Source: Eledone cirrhosa (lineage: Eukaryota). From it: DNA of 64,000 nt. Position numbers and translations under genes: made by a program. The DNA lies in assembly GCA_964016885.1 (NCBI GenBank), contig OZ024742.1, positions 261,454,001 to 261,518,000 on the forward strand, written 5' to 3'. The notes beneath the pieces are model-generated. The model had not been told where the DNA came from. It did not search any database and saw nothing but the letters and a program-made list of their open reading frames with translations. Shown here in pieces: positions 41,001-56,000 of this stretch; positions within the stretch are counted from its first letter, which is position 1; each line of letters starts with the position of its first letter.

Positions 41001-43158
41001 TGCACCACCACACCACCACACCATCCAACACCACACCACCTCACCACCACACCACACCACCACACCATCACACCATCCACCACCACACCACCACACCACA
41101 CCATCCGCCACCACACCATCCACAGCCACACCACCACACCACCACACCACCACACCATCCACCACCACACCATCACACCACCATACCACACACCACCACA
41201 CCACCACACCATCCCCACCTACCCCACCACACCACCACACCACTGCACCATCCCCCACCACACCACCACACCATCCACCACCACACCACCACACCACCAA
41301 ACCATTACACCATCCACCACCATACCACACTCAAACACTCCATCCACCACCACACCACCACACCATCCATTACCACACCATCTACCACCACACCATCCAC
41401 AGCCACACCACCACACCATCCACCACCACACCACCACACCACCACACCATCCAACACCACACCATCCAACACCACACCACCACACCACCACACCACCACA
41501 CCACCACACCACCATACCACACACCACCACACAGTCCACCACCACGCCACCACACCATCCACCACCATGACACCACCACACCGCCATACCATCACACCAC
41601 CAAACCATCCACCACCACACCATCCACTACCACACCATCCACCACCACACCATCCACAGCCACACCACCACACCATCCACCACCACACCACCCACCACCA
41701 CACCACCACACCACCATACCACACACCACCACACCACCACATCACCACACCACCACACCATCCACCACCACACCACCCACCACCACACCACCACACCACC
41801 ACACCACCACATCATCACACCACAACACCATCCACCACCACACCACCACACCACCATACCACACACCACCACACCACCATACCACACACCACCACACCAT
41901 CCACCGCCACACAGTCCACCACCACACCACCACACCACCACACCACCACACCACCACACCACCACACGATCCACCACCACACCATCCACAGCCACACCAC
42001 CACACCATCCACCACCACACCATCCAACACCACACCATCACACCATCACACCACCATACCATCCACCACCACACCACCATACCATCCACCACCACACCAC
42101 CATACCACCACACCACCATACAACCACACCACCACACCAGCACACCACCACACCACCACACCACCATACCACACACCACCACACCATCCACCGCCACACA
42201 GTCCACCACAACGCCACCACACCATCCACCACCACAGCACCAGACCATGACACCACCACACCACCACACCACCACACAACCACACCACCACACCGCCATA
42301 CCACACACCACCACACCATCCACCACCACACCACCACACCACCATACCACACACCACCACACCATCCACCACCACACCACCACAACACCACACCACCGCA
42401 CCACCATACAACCACACCACCACACCACCACACCACCACACCACCACACCACCATACCACACACCACCACACAGTCCACCACCACGCCACCACACCATCC
42501 ACCACCATGACACCACCACACCGCCATACCATCACACCACCAAACCATCCACCACCACACCATCCACTACCACACCATCCACCACCACACCATCCACAGC
42601 CACACCACCACACCATCCACCACCACACCACCACACCAACACACCATCCAACACCACACCATCACACCACCACACCACCACACCACCATACCATCCACCA
42701 CCACACCACCACACCACCACACCACCACACCACCACACCACCATACCACCACACCACCACACCATCCACCACCACACCACCACACAACCACACCACCACA
42801 CCACCACACCACCACACAACCACACCACCACACCACCATACCACACACCACCACACCATCCACCGCCACACAGTCCACCACCACGCCACCACACCATCCA
42901 CCACCATACCACCACACCGACCACCACACCAACTACCACTACATCACCACACACCAACCACCACACCAACCACCACACCATCCACCACACCATCCACCAC
43001 CACACCATCCACCACCATACCACCACACCAACCACCACACCAACTACCACTACATCACCACACCAACCACCACACCATCCACCACCACACCATCCACCAC
43101 CATACCACCACACCATCCACCACCATACCACCACACCTACCACCACACCACCACACAA
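38055..43158. repeat. ~5.1 kb degenerate (CACCA/CAC)n satellite
   Basis: Almost only C and A, with internal block duplications of 652 bp and 940 bp offset. Confidence 0.95.
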
Positions 43159-43184
43159 CTTACATATGTTGTATGTTGTATCAT

Positions 43185-43700
43185 CCGTCGTTTTCGACGA
43201 TGAGTGTTGCAGTTGTTTGATCAACGTAACAGTCTGCTCATGAAATTAACGTGTATGTAACTGAATATTGCACAGACACATGCTTCCTTTATGTAGTTCT
43301 CAGGGAGATTCAGCGTGACACATTATTTGATAAAGCTGGCCCTTTCAAATGAACAAACATACTCGTGAAGTTAGCGAGCAAGTGGTTGAGCATTTTACGG
43401 ACACATGTACACCTCAGACAATTCCCGTGGAGATTCAGCGTGACACATTGTGACGAAGCTGGCTCTTTCAACGGAATAGCTTGTTCGTGAAATTAACGTA
43501 GAGGTGCCCGCGCATTCCACAAACACGTGCTCGTTTTAAGTCATTCTCATGGATATTCAGAGCAATAGTGTGACAAGGCTGACTCTTTGAATTAAGGATG
43601 CACCTAATTATTTTCATCTGATTGGACTGTAGCAACGTAAAATAAAATATTTTGCTCGAGGACACAACACGCCTCCGTGAAATGAACTCAACATTAAGCC
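43185..43700 (-). mobile_element. SINE with internally triplicated body
   Basis: The ggagattcagcgtgacaca-like block recurs at ~43304, ~43429 and ~43551. Confidence 0.6.
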
Positions 43701-43961
43701 GCTCGTCTTCAGCCCCACCTACAGACACATCACATTACCTTTTATCCATCCATCCATCACCATATTAGCCTACAATCACTCATCACTCTTTATTCCAGTG
43801 ATCTCATTACCAATTACTTGAACTACACCATCCATAGAACAACATCAAATAACCAATAATTCTTATAATTCAGACAATGTAAGCAATCTAGAAACTGCAG
43901 CAGATGAAATGTTAAAAAGTGATGTTAAGAAAAATAAACAAACAAGGAAGCATTAACTTAC

Positions 43962-45837
43962 TTGAGAGGATTAACGCCACAATTCCAAAGACAGGGTTGA
44001 AAAAAATGGTTGTACACAGAGCCAACCAAAGGTAATTCGATGGTTTCGCTTCTAACAGTAAATTGTCCATTTCTGTTGAGGTGTACGTTCCAGCAGGTAG
44101 ATCATGAGTAAGGACCCGAGCAGAGTGTGCTTTGTCCTCCACGTTTATACTATCTGAGGGAGATTGGATTTCAACTTTACCGATAGAATATCGTTGTCTG
44201 TGTTCCTGTTGATGTTTAGATTTTGCACCTTGTGAATTCCGTCTGGGTGCTGTGTGATGAACTTTATCTTTGCGTGCAAATGAAACCCGTTCGTTTGAGT
44301 CAGTTGAGGGTATCTTTGTAATTCGAATGGGTATCGCTGCTGAAAATGTTTTAAATTCTTCGATTGTTCTTTCTCGGTTCCTATCAGAGTGGATAAGAAA
44401 GTTTGGTATCTCTACCGCTTGACAAGTGCCGCGATATACTGTTTTATCGGCTCCTTCATCGTTCGAGTAAAAATGGAGCCGATTTTTGCTTTTAGGGACA
44501 TGCCGAACTTCCGCTAGGTTGGGGTTCTCTCTAGTGTGTGTCTTGTCTTCAGAATATGATTTATGATTCGATATTTCTTCGCCATAACGTTTGCTACTGT
44601 AATCTATAGTATGCCTCGAGGGATTGATTCTATTTTCAATAGGGTCCGAATATTTCACAGAGAAATTTCTATTGCTCTCTTGTTCTGTTTTCAGAATTTT
44701 CTCTAAGTGCATGGCACAAAATTCACATTGACCTATGCTTTTATATCGCTTTGATTTGGCTCCAAAACTTTCCACCTTGGTTCTGCGCAATTGAAAGTCT
44801 GCTGCTGATATAGTTTTAATTTCGTTTGACTTTTTTATAGATTTCTCAGCAGTTTCTTGTGATTCTTTGTTAAACGATCTTGAATTTTGTTGAGGAGTAA
44901 TAAAGCATTCGTCTTCTTCATCCTCCATAGTCTTGCTAAATTCCTCAGCTTTTTTCGTCATATGTAACATAACTTTCTTCCGTGGTTGTTTGTTAGGACA
45001 AAGTGCAATGTTGCCGGAGAAGCAGGCTGTACATTGCATACACGGGCGAGATATCAACGGTACGAAAGTTCTAATATCTTCACTGTATCTCTTGGAGTCG
45101 AGCTTTCTGTTGAAATATTCATTGTCCGTAAATTCGCTGTTTCTTCTGGGTTTCCTTGTAGTTTTTCCCTCAATGAACTCCTGAGTTTTTTTCGCTTTAT
45201 CATTGGAAATTACTTGCCGGAAACATTCATTTGCTTTCTCTTTCTCTCGAGTATCGTCCCTGGACTCCTGCGACGATTTACCAAACGTCGAACATTCAGT
45301 ATTTTCATATCTTGTTTGGAAATTATCCTTCAGAGTTTCTACGTTAGAAGACTTGCCGTTGTTTTCCGATAAGTTTTTGTTGTTGTCGTATTTATTGAGT
45401 TCATCTAGCGAGTTCTCTGTCATTTCCTTGTCAATAGCATTTCCGTTGTCATTAGCAGCGACAGAGTCTGTTGTATTTGGACCGGAGTTTGTGGGTGACG
45501 ACCAACCAATCTCACCCTTCGAATTCGTACATCTACTTGGCTGTTCAAATTGACTCTGGTAAGAAACTTTACAGAGGTCAGCAGTGTCTTCATCTTGCGG
45601 GGTTTCCTCGACATCATAGGAAGAGTTGAGAATCTCCTTATCATTGTTCATCTCTCCAGATGCATCAGTAAAGTAGATAATTCTCTGTTGCTGCTGCTGT
45701 TGTATTTTCTGCTGCCGTTGCTGCTGCTTCTGTTGTTGCTGCTTCTGTTGCTGCTGACCACTGCCGTTCATATTTTCTTCAGTGGCAGCGGACTTCTTGT
45801 TATCACAAGAACTATTTATATTCGTTACTGCATCCAT
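43962..45837 (-). CDS. Large coding exon of a CD225/dispanin-family (PRRT/IFITM-like) membrane protein with a long disordered N-terminus
   Basis: Part of the non-repetitive 664-aa ORF, with first ATG at 45837. It ends KPSNYLWLALCTTIFFNPVFGIVALILS (P.xYL.L...CC/FN...G..A...S pattern), followed immediately by a GTAAGT donor at 43961-43956 (phase 1). The downstream exon was not identified. Confidence 0.85.
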
Positions 45838-45981
45838 TTCAAAGTATGTTAACGCCTCCCCGCAACATCCACTTGTGTCTTCTACTTGGTATGTCGCTTC
45901 CCGCAACTCTTACTCTCTTTCCCCTCTCTCTCCCTCTCTCTCTCACACACAAACACACTCTCTCTCTCTCACACAAACACA

Positions 45982-46046
<65 letters not shown>

Positions 46047-46048
46047 AA

Positions 46049-46091
<43 letters not shown>

Positions 46092-46369
46092 TCTCTCTCT
46101 CTCTCTCTCTCTCTCATTCTTCCTTTCTTTTTTCTCCCACACTCTCTCTCTTTCTCTCACTCTCTCTCTCCCCTCTCTTCTCTTTGAATATGTCAAATGT
46201 ATGGATTCGAATCAACAACTAGTATGTAGTATATATATATATCAAACAAAACAATATGCCGCTCTCGGCTGGCGCAATGCGCACACCCTCGACGCAATCT
46301 TACTATTTGGTTGAAATCAAAACTGCGTGCACTGCTAAATAAAACTTCACTGTGAGGTTTGCTTCTATA

Positions 46370-46452
<83 letters not shown>

Positions 46453-46460
46453 TTTTGGGG

Positions 46461-46512
<52 letters not shown>

Positions 46513-46700
46513 CTTTCATACTATATCTCTCATGCACACACACACATACGCATACAAACACAAATACACCCCTTACTCACACAAATACACAAACCTACAT
46601 AGACACATACACACATAATCTCTCACTTTCTTCTCCTAACGCTCCACCTCTTCCACTTTCACATTCTTCTCTCTCTCCTTTTTCCCCATCTCCCTCCGCC

Positions 46701-46780
<80 letters not shown>

Positions 46781-47058
46781 GCTCTCTCTCACACTCTTTC
46801 TTTCTCTTTTGCTCTCTTTCACTCACAAACTTTCTCTCTCCTCCATCCTCCCCTCCTCTCTCTCTCTTTTCCACACACAGACACACATACACATCAGGAT
46901 AATGATGCTGAGGCTGTTGATGATGATGATAATGATGATGATGATGATATGGGTGGGGGTATGGAGTGCAAACAATCGACAGGTGAAAGAGTAAGAGAAT
47001 ATTCCGAATTAAGAGAAACAGGTCGCAGAAGAAGGAGAAGAAGAAGAAGAAGAAGAAG

Positions 47059-47120
<62 letters not shown>

Positions 47121-47265
47121 CGACGACGACGACGACGACAACAACAACAAGCAAACGAAATCTCCGAGAATGCATCTATATTGACACAGGTACCACTTGG
47201 TCATAAACATATGTGTATATAAATACATGTCTGTATATATATATATATTTATATATATACATATG

Positions 47266-47302
<37 letters not shown>

Positions 47303-47308
47303 GGGGGG

Positions 47309-47368
<60 letters not shown>

Positions 47369-47790
47369 CTTCATGCACAGGCATTGCACGATAGAATTAA
47401 TTAATTGTTTCTACTTTAGGCACAAGGCCAGCAATTACCCAGTACATTACTGGTACTTTATTTTATCGACCCCGTAAGGATGAAAGGCAAAGTTAACCTC
47501 GGCGGGATTTAGAATTAATTAATAATTATTAATAAGGGTGTATCGTGCAATGGTCATACTCGATAACTCATTATGTATATATATATATATATATAACGTA
47601 TATATATATATATAGATATAACGTATATATATAGAGAGAGATAGAAAGAGAGAGAGGGAAAGAGAGAGAGAGAGGGGGGGATGTGTAGTTACTTGATAAA
47701 GTGTATTTAGAAATAAAAGGAAAGCACAAACAAGGATCAGGTCCCCTCTTCAGTTGTCTGGTGGGGGTCTCGGATATTTCAACGCATTAG

Positions 47791-47841
<51 letters not shown>

Positions 47842-47891
47842 TGTGCTTTCCTTTTATTTCTAAATATCAAGTAACCACATAGCCCCTTGTT

Positions 47892-47972
<81 letters not shown>

Positions 47973-47974
47973 AC

Positions 47975-48036
<62 letters not shown>

Positions 48037-48272
48037 GTTATATATATATACATACATACATAATGATGGCTGCCCCCTCGTTATCGAGTATGGCCATTGC
48101 ACGATATACCCTTATTAATAATTATTAATTATTTCCGCCGAGGTTAACTTTGCCTTTCATCCTTATGGGGTCGATAAAATAAAGTACCAGTAATACACTG
48201 GATAATTGCTGGCCTTGTGCCAAAAGTAGAAACAATTAATTATTTCTATCGTGCAATGCCTGTGCGTGAAGT
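47369..48272. repeat. ~900-bp imperfect foldback containing a SINE fragment and microsatellites
   Basis: 47369-47567 mirrors 48080-48272. The inner (TA)n/(GA)n and atttagaaataaaaggaaagcacaaaca are mirrored at 47838-47866. Confidence 0.9.
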
Positions 48273-49328
48273 TATTTTTTAAAGTGAGGAAGACTGTGCA
48301 CTGAGCCAATCCCACTCTCTGAGCGACAGTAGCTATAACCGGAAAAGAAGAAAAGATCAACATCATCTGTAACTACTGAGCCGCAGGTTTTATATCGGAG
48401 TTATCCCAGTTTCCTGAGTTGCCTTCTCCTAGAAGAATGCCCTGACAAAGGCTAGGGATCCTTCACTCCCAGTGGTTTAACCGCGCAGTACATGTGTAAA
48501 TACATATTTACACACTTTTGGATGGCCGTTGACTCTTATGAGTTCTTCCGCCCTTTGTCAGGTTTGGTTTTTGTCCTGCAGGGTGTACAAAGTCACCCTC
48601 CCCACCAGTATGTTACCTCATGTTACCTGTAGCACTCAAGAGTGACCCGACATACATACATACATACATACATACATACATACATACATACATACATACA
48701 TACATACATACATACATACATACATGTACAGATATATTTGACGAAACAATTTCAATATTTGACAGCGTTATGTAATATTTTGCTGTATTTTATTTTTAAT
48801 AAAATAAAGGGATTACAAAACCAACAATACCGGGATACAAGGAGTTCGTCTAGACTTAATGCATTTGATACCTGGCAGCTGCACTTCTTAGGAGTGGACA
48901 AGCTCATCGGCTCTCGTCCACCCCCTAAAGCTCTCACGTTCTTAATGCCACAAGCAGTTCGAAAGGTTCAGTAATTCGAAGACCGTGGATAATCCGTGGG
49001 TGAAGAGTTCAAGATGACAAGTAGATATCCATGTTCGAAGCCACACAATGATAGACCGCGTCAGCTGGCAACCTGAGGTGATAAGTTGACACGGTATTGT
49101 TGGACGAATGCATTTCCCTGTCAACGGCTAGGATGAACGTGTTTGTCAGAGGAAACTCAACGACCACGTGTGCGTGACCAGAGCGAGTCATCTAGTTGGA
49201 GAATATCGATTCTGGTCAAGTCCGGAGAGGTATGGGCTCAAGATACACACTACATAAACAGCGTCCTCACCGCCTATAAGGGTCAAACGAAAACTTGAGT
49301 GAAGTGCTACATATATATATTTATTTAT

Positions 49329-49389
<61 letters not shown>

Positions 49390-49927
49390 TACATACACAC
49401 ACACACACATATATATATTTATTTATACACACACACACACACACACACATACATACACACACACACACACACATATATATTTATTTATACACACATACAC
49501 ACACACACATATATACATATATATATATATATTTATATATATATATATAAGTTGTGTATACGCAATACTAATAAGTTTTGATCTGGAGGATATGACATCA
49601 TTAATGAATAGGTGCATATACATATGTATCTATGTATATATGCGTATCTATGTCTATCTATACATATATACCTCTCTCTCTTTCTCTCTCTCTCACTCTC
49701 TCTCTCTCTCTCTCTCTCTCAAACACACACTGACACACCGCAAGCACACACTGAGACACCGCAATCGATTACCACCTAAAATAACTCGCTAGTTCTTTCA
49801 TGCATGTGTGTGTCAGCTCGCGAGTGAGGACTAAATACATACACATAGAAGCTGCCGCATCACATTCCCACTGATTCAAATTCATTCACACAGACAAACG
49901 CACAGGTATTACGGATTCATCCATACC

Positions 49928-50017
<90 letters not shown>

Positions 50018-50122
50018 TCAAAGATAAACATACACCCCATAATACATACATACACACTCTTTAACTCTTTATCCCCCCTCTCTCTCTCTCATTATATATA
50101 TATATATGAGTATATATATATA

Positions 50123-50190
<68 letters not shown>

Positions 50191-50192
<2 letters not shown>

Positions 50193-50347
50193 AGTTTCGA
50201 CGGCTAATTCTGTACAGAATTAGCCGTCGAAACGGCTTGAGCTCAGCCGTCGGGGTCTTACTTACTCCTATTACCCACTCTACTACCCTAAGTATTGAGT
50301 ACTTTGGTGCGTTATGGTCCACCTGGTTCCTTACCACTTTTCCCTCG

Positions 50348-50348
<1 letters not shown>
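50191..50348 (+). mobile_element. pLTR-like fragment beginning with a 40-bp perfect palindrome
   Basis: gtttcgacggctaattctgt|acagaattagccgtcgaaac at 50194-50233. Homologous to 34351-34564 and embedded in (TA)n. Confidence 0.8.
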
Positions 50349-50386
<38 letters not shown>

Positions 50387-50387
50387 A

Positions 50388-50438
<51 letters not shown>

Positions 50439-50440
50439 AG

Positions 50441-50489
<49 letters not shown>

Positions 50490-50567
50490 CCCACTCTCAA
50501 GAGCGTGAAATTAATAAACCTTTGTTTGTACTGCCTCTCTGTTTTGTTCCCGTTCAATTTTTCACTA
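50490..50567 (+). mobile_element. Short 3'-end copy of the 3226-4420 element in (TA)n
   Basis: Near-identical to the reverse complement of 3226-3301. Confidence 0.85.
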
Positions 50568-50684
50568 TATATATATATATATATAATATGAGTATATAAT
50601 ATAGTATATATATATATGAGTATATAGATATATAGATATATATAAGAGTATATATATATATATATGTATATATATATACATATA

Positions 50685-50773
<89 letters not shown>

Positions 50774-50866
50774 CATAAATATATATATATACGATAATAT
50801 CATATATACTCATAATATACTCATATATATATGCATTATATATATATATATATATACATATATATA

Positions 50867-50927
<61 letters not shown>

Positions 50928-50933
50928 TATATA

Positions 50934-50986
<53 letters not shown>

Positions 50987-50994
50987 TCATATAT

Positions 50995-51058
<64 letters not shown>

Positions 51059-51214
51059 TATACTCATATATATATATATATATATATAGTTAATAAATGA
51101 AACAAAACAAAAGCAGGACACAAAATTACAGTTATGTTATGTATATACATATGTATATATGTGTGGTTGTGGGTGTGTATGCGTGTGTGTGTATGTATGT
51201 GTGTGCTGTGTGTA

Positions 51215-51344
<130 letters not shown>

Positions 51345-51410
51345 CGTGTGTGTGTGTGTGTGTATGCGTGTGTGTATGTGCGTGTGCGCGCGCGTGTGTG
51401 TGTGTGTGTG

Positions 51411-51451
<41 letters not shown>

Positions 51452-51455
51452 TGTA

Positions 51456-51556
<101 letters not shown>

Positions 51557-51764
51557 TACACGTATTCCACTTGTTATGTAGGTGCATTACTGAACCATAA
51601 AAGATCAGAGATTTATACACATTTTTATATTTAAATTAAATACATAAGTTTCTATGATCAATAAATATATCACTAAATATCTTTGCTGTGCTGCAGAGGA
51701 GTTGTAGATACACGGAGAGTGATCGAGAGGATTCACTTTTGTTGATATGAGCTTATGAATTCGT

Positions 51765-52090
51765 TTTAGTTGATCTGTATTTATTTATTTATTATTATTA
51801 TTATTTTTTTTTTTTTTGTGTTCATTTTAGATAATCTGTATTTATTTTCGTTGAGTTGTATTCATTTTAGTTGATCTGTGTTTATTCGAGTTGATCAGTG
51901 TTTATTTCAATGGAACTATATATATTTTTAGTTGGTCTAAGGTCATTTTAGTCGAGCTGTATTCATTTTTGTGGTTGGTCTGTATTTATTTCAGTTGATC
52001 TGTGTTTATTTTAGTTGATCTTTGTTTATTTTAGTTGATCTGCGTTTATCTTCGTTGGTCTGGGTTAATTTTAATTGATCTATGTTCATT
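51765..52090. repeat. Degenerate ~21-bp minisatellite (ttagttgatctgtgtttattt)
   Basis: Visible recurring unit. Confidence 0.8.
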
Positions 52091-53059
52091 TTTCTTACGA
52101 TTACAATATTAATTCATAGCATCAGAAACGTGAAGAACAAATGTCTTGCTGTATTTAGTTGCGTCCTTTGACATCTTGCATTGAGCTCTACGTTGTCGGG
52201 TCAACCTCCAGATAAAATAAGTGTCGATCTTATCAACTATCCTCATCTCCAAAATTCGAGACATTGTAAGTATCACAAATCATTAGACACAAGTCTTACA
52301 TTTTCATGGGTGGGAGAGTCGATTAAATCGACTCACTATTTGACTGGTAATGTATTTTATCTATCCCCGGAAAGATGGAAGACAAAAGTGACCTCGACGG
52401 GATTTGAATTCAGGCTCTTAGCTGATATTAACTTCACATATATGTACATACGTACATCTGAGTTCTTTCAAAACGTTCAATTGTATTCTACCTAGTTAGA
52501 AAGAATCGAACATACCTATGATCAGGCATACCTATGATCAAAGACATTCCAGTTGTGATCCCCTCGACTTTTTAGGCATATTTCGATGACTACATTATGC
52601 AACGCTTTCTTTCCATAAGGAAAGGAAACATTGCGTGCAGTTTGAAGATTTAGCTACTATTTCTAGTAAATGGGACCACCATGTAGAAGCGTCCTTGTTG
52701 ATAGATGTTGTTGTTGTTATTGTTGCTGTTTAGCCCTAGGTCAGCCTTGCCTGAGCAGCAGACCGGTGATCAACAATATTCTAGTCATTGTCATTCTGTT
52801 TTTTTTTTTGTACGATAGATACAATAAAACGTCATTAGCAACAGCAGCAACAGCTACTGTAACAACAACAGAAATAAGTACAATTGCAACAACTATAATA
52901 GCAACAACAACTACTACTACAATAGCAACGACAACAACAACAACATTGATTATAAGTGTGACAATAGCAACATCAGCAGTAAATACAATAACAATGCCAG
53001 CAACAACTGCGATACCAACACCCGCAACGATTGCAATATCAACAACTACAACAGTAACA

Positions 53060-56000
53060 ACAACTACAATAGCAACAACTACAATAGCAACGGCAGTAAC
53101 GACAGCAACAACTACAATAGCAACAACAGTAACAACAGCAACAAATACAATAGCAACGACAGTAACGACAGCAACAACTACAATAGCAACGGTAGTAACG
53201 ACAGCAACAACTACAATAGCAACGGCAGTAACGACAGCAACAACTACAATAGCAACGACAGTAACGACAGCAACAACTACAATAGCAACGACAGCAACAA
53301 CTACAATAGCAACGGCAGTAACGACAGCAACAACTACCATAGCAACGTCAGTAACGACAGCAACAACTACAATAGCAACAACAGTAACGACAGCAACAAC
53401 TACAATAGCAACGACAGTAACGACAGCAACAACTACAATAGCAACGGTAGTAACGACAGCAACAACTACAATAGCAACGGTAGTAACGACAGCAACAACT
53501 ACAATAGCAACGGCAGTAACGACAGCAACAACTACAATACCAACGACAGTAACGACAGCAACAACTACAATAGCAACGACAGTAACGACAGCAACAACTA
53601 CAATAGCAACGGCAGTAACGACAGCAACAACTACAATAGCAACGACAGTAACGACAGCAACAACTACAATAGCAACGACAGCAACAACTACAATAGCAAC
53701 GGCAGTAACGACAGCAACAACTACAATAGCAACAACAGTAACGACAGCAACAACTACAATAGCAACGGCAGTAACGACAGCAACAACTACAATAGCAACG
53801 GCAGTAACGACAGCAACAACTACAATATCAACGGCAGTAACGACAGCAACAACTACAATAGCAACGGTAGTAACGACAGCAACAACTACAATAGCAACGG
53901 CAGTAACGACAGCAACAACTACAATAGCAACTACAGCAACAACTACAATAGCAACGACAGTAACGACAGCAACAACTACAATAGCAACAACAGTAACGAC
54001 AGCAACAACTACCATAGCAACGTCAGTAACGACAGCAACAACTACAATAGCAACAACAGTAACGACAGCAACAACTACAATAGCAACGACAGTAACGACA
54101 GCAACAACTACAATAGCAACGGTAGTAACGACAGCAACAACTACAATAGCAACGGTAGTAACGACAGCAACAACTACAATAGCAACGGCAGTAACGACAG
54201 CAACAACTACAATACCAACGACAGTAACGACAGCAACAACTACAATAGCAACGACAGTAACGACAGCAACAACTACAATAGCAACGGCAGTAACGACAGC
54301 AACAACTACAATAGCAACGACAGTAACGACAGCACCAACTACCATAGCAACGGCAGTAACGACAGCAACAACTACAATAGCAACGGCAGTAACGACAGCA
54401 ACAACTACAATAGCAACGGTAGTAACGACAGCAACAACTACAATAGCAACGGCAGTAACGACAGCAACAACTACAATAGTAACGACAGTAAAGACAGCAA
54501 CAACTACAATAGCAACGGCAGTAACGACACCAACAACTACAATAGCAACGGCAGTAACGACAGCAACAACTACAATAGCAACGGCAGTAACGACAGCAAC
54601 AACTACAATAGCAACGACAGTAACGACAGCACCAACTACAATAACAACGGTAGTAACGACAGCAACAAGTACAATAGCAAAGGCAGTAACGACAGCAACA
54701 ACTACAATAACAACGGTAGTAACGACAGCAACAACTACAATAGCAACGGTAGTAATGACAGCAACAACTACGAATAGCAACGGTAGTAACGACAGCAACA
54801 ACTACAATATCAACGGCAGTAACGACAGCAACAACTACAATAGCAACGGTAGTAACGACAGCAACAACTACAATAGCAACGGCAGTAACGACAGCAACAA
54901 CTACAATAGCAACGACAGCAACAACTACTATAGCAACGACAGTAACGACAGCAACAACTACAATAGCAACGGCAGTAACGACAGCAACAAGTACAATAGC
55001 AACGGCAGTAACGACAGCAACAACTACAATAGCAACGGTAGTAACGACAGCAACAACTACAATAGCAACGGTAGTAACGACAGCAACAACTACAATAGCA
55101 ACGACAGTAACGACAGCAACAACTACAATAGCAACGGCAGCAACAACTACAATAGCAACGACAGTAACGACAGCAACAACTACAATAGCAACGGCAGTAA
55201 CGACAGCAACAACTACAATAGCAACGACAGTAACGACAGCAACAACTACAATAGCAACGACAGTGACGACAGCAACAACTACAATAACAACGACAGTGAC
55301 GACAGCAACAACTACAATAGCAACGACAGTAACGACAGCAACAACTACAATAGCAACGGCAGTAACGACAACAACTACAATAGCAACGGCAGTAACGACA
55401 GCAACAACTACAATAGCAACGACAGTAACGACAGCAACAACTACAATAGCAACGGCAGGAACGACACCAACAACTACAATAGCAACGACAGCAACAACTA
55501 CAATAGCAACGAAAGTAACGACAGCAACAACTACAATAATAAAACGACAGTAACGACAGCAACAACTACAATAGCAACGACAGCAACAACTACAATAGCA
55601 ACGGCAGTAACGACAGCAACAAATACAATTGCAACGACAGCAACAACTACAATAGCAACGACAGTAACGACAGCAACAACTACAATAGCAACGGCAGTAA
55701 CGACAGCAACAACTATAATAGCAACGGCAGTAACGACAGCAACAACTACAATAGCAACGACAGTAACGACAGCAACAACTACAATAGCAACGGCAGTAAC
55801 GACAGCAACAACTACAATAGCAACGGCAGTAACGACAGCAACAACTACAATGGCAAGGACAGTAACGACAGCAACAACTACAATAGCAACGACAGCAACA
55901 ACTACAATAGCAACGGTAGTAATGACAGCAACAACTACAATAGCAACGACAGTAACGACAGCAACAACTACAATAGCAACGGTAGTAACGATAGCAACAA

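Noticed and set aside
38005-42510. 1501-aa H/T/P-rich extensin-like ORF
   Set aside because: A C/A-only satellite lacks stops in all frames, and its 5- and 8-bp units do not preserve frame.
48885-48930. Hairpin with a ccgatgag core resembling a hammerhead
   Set aside because: GAAA and the three-stem topology are missing; it is only a simple stem-loop.
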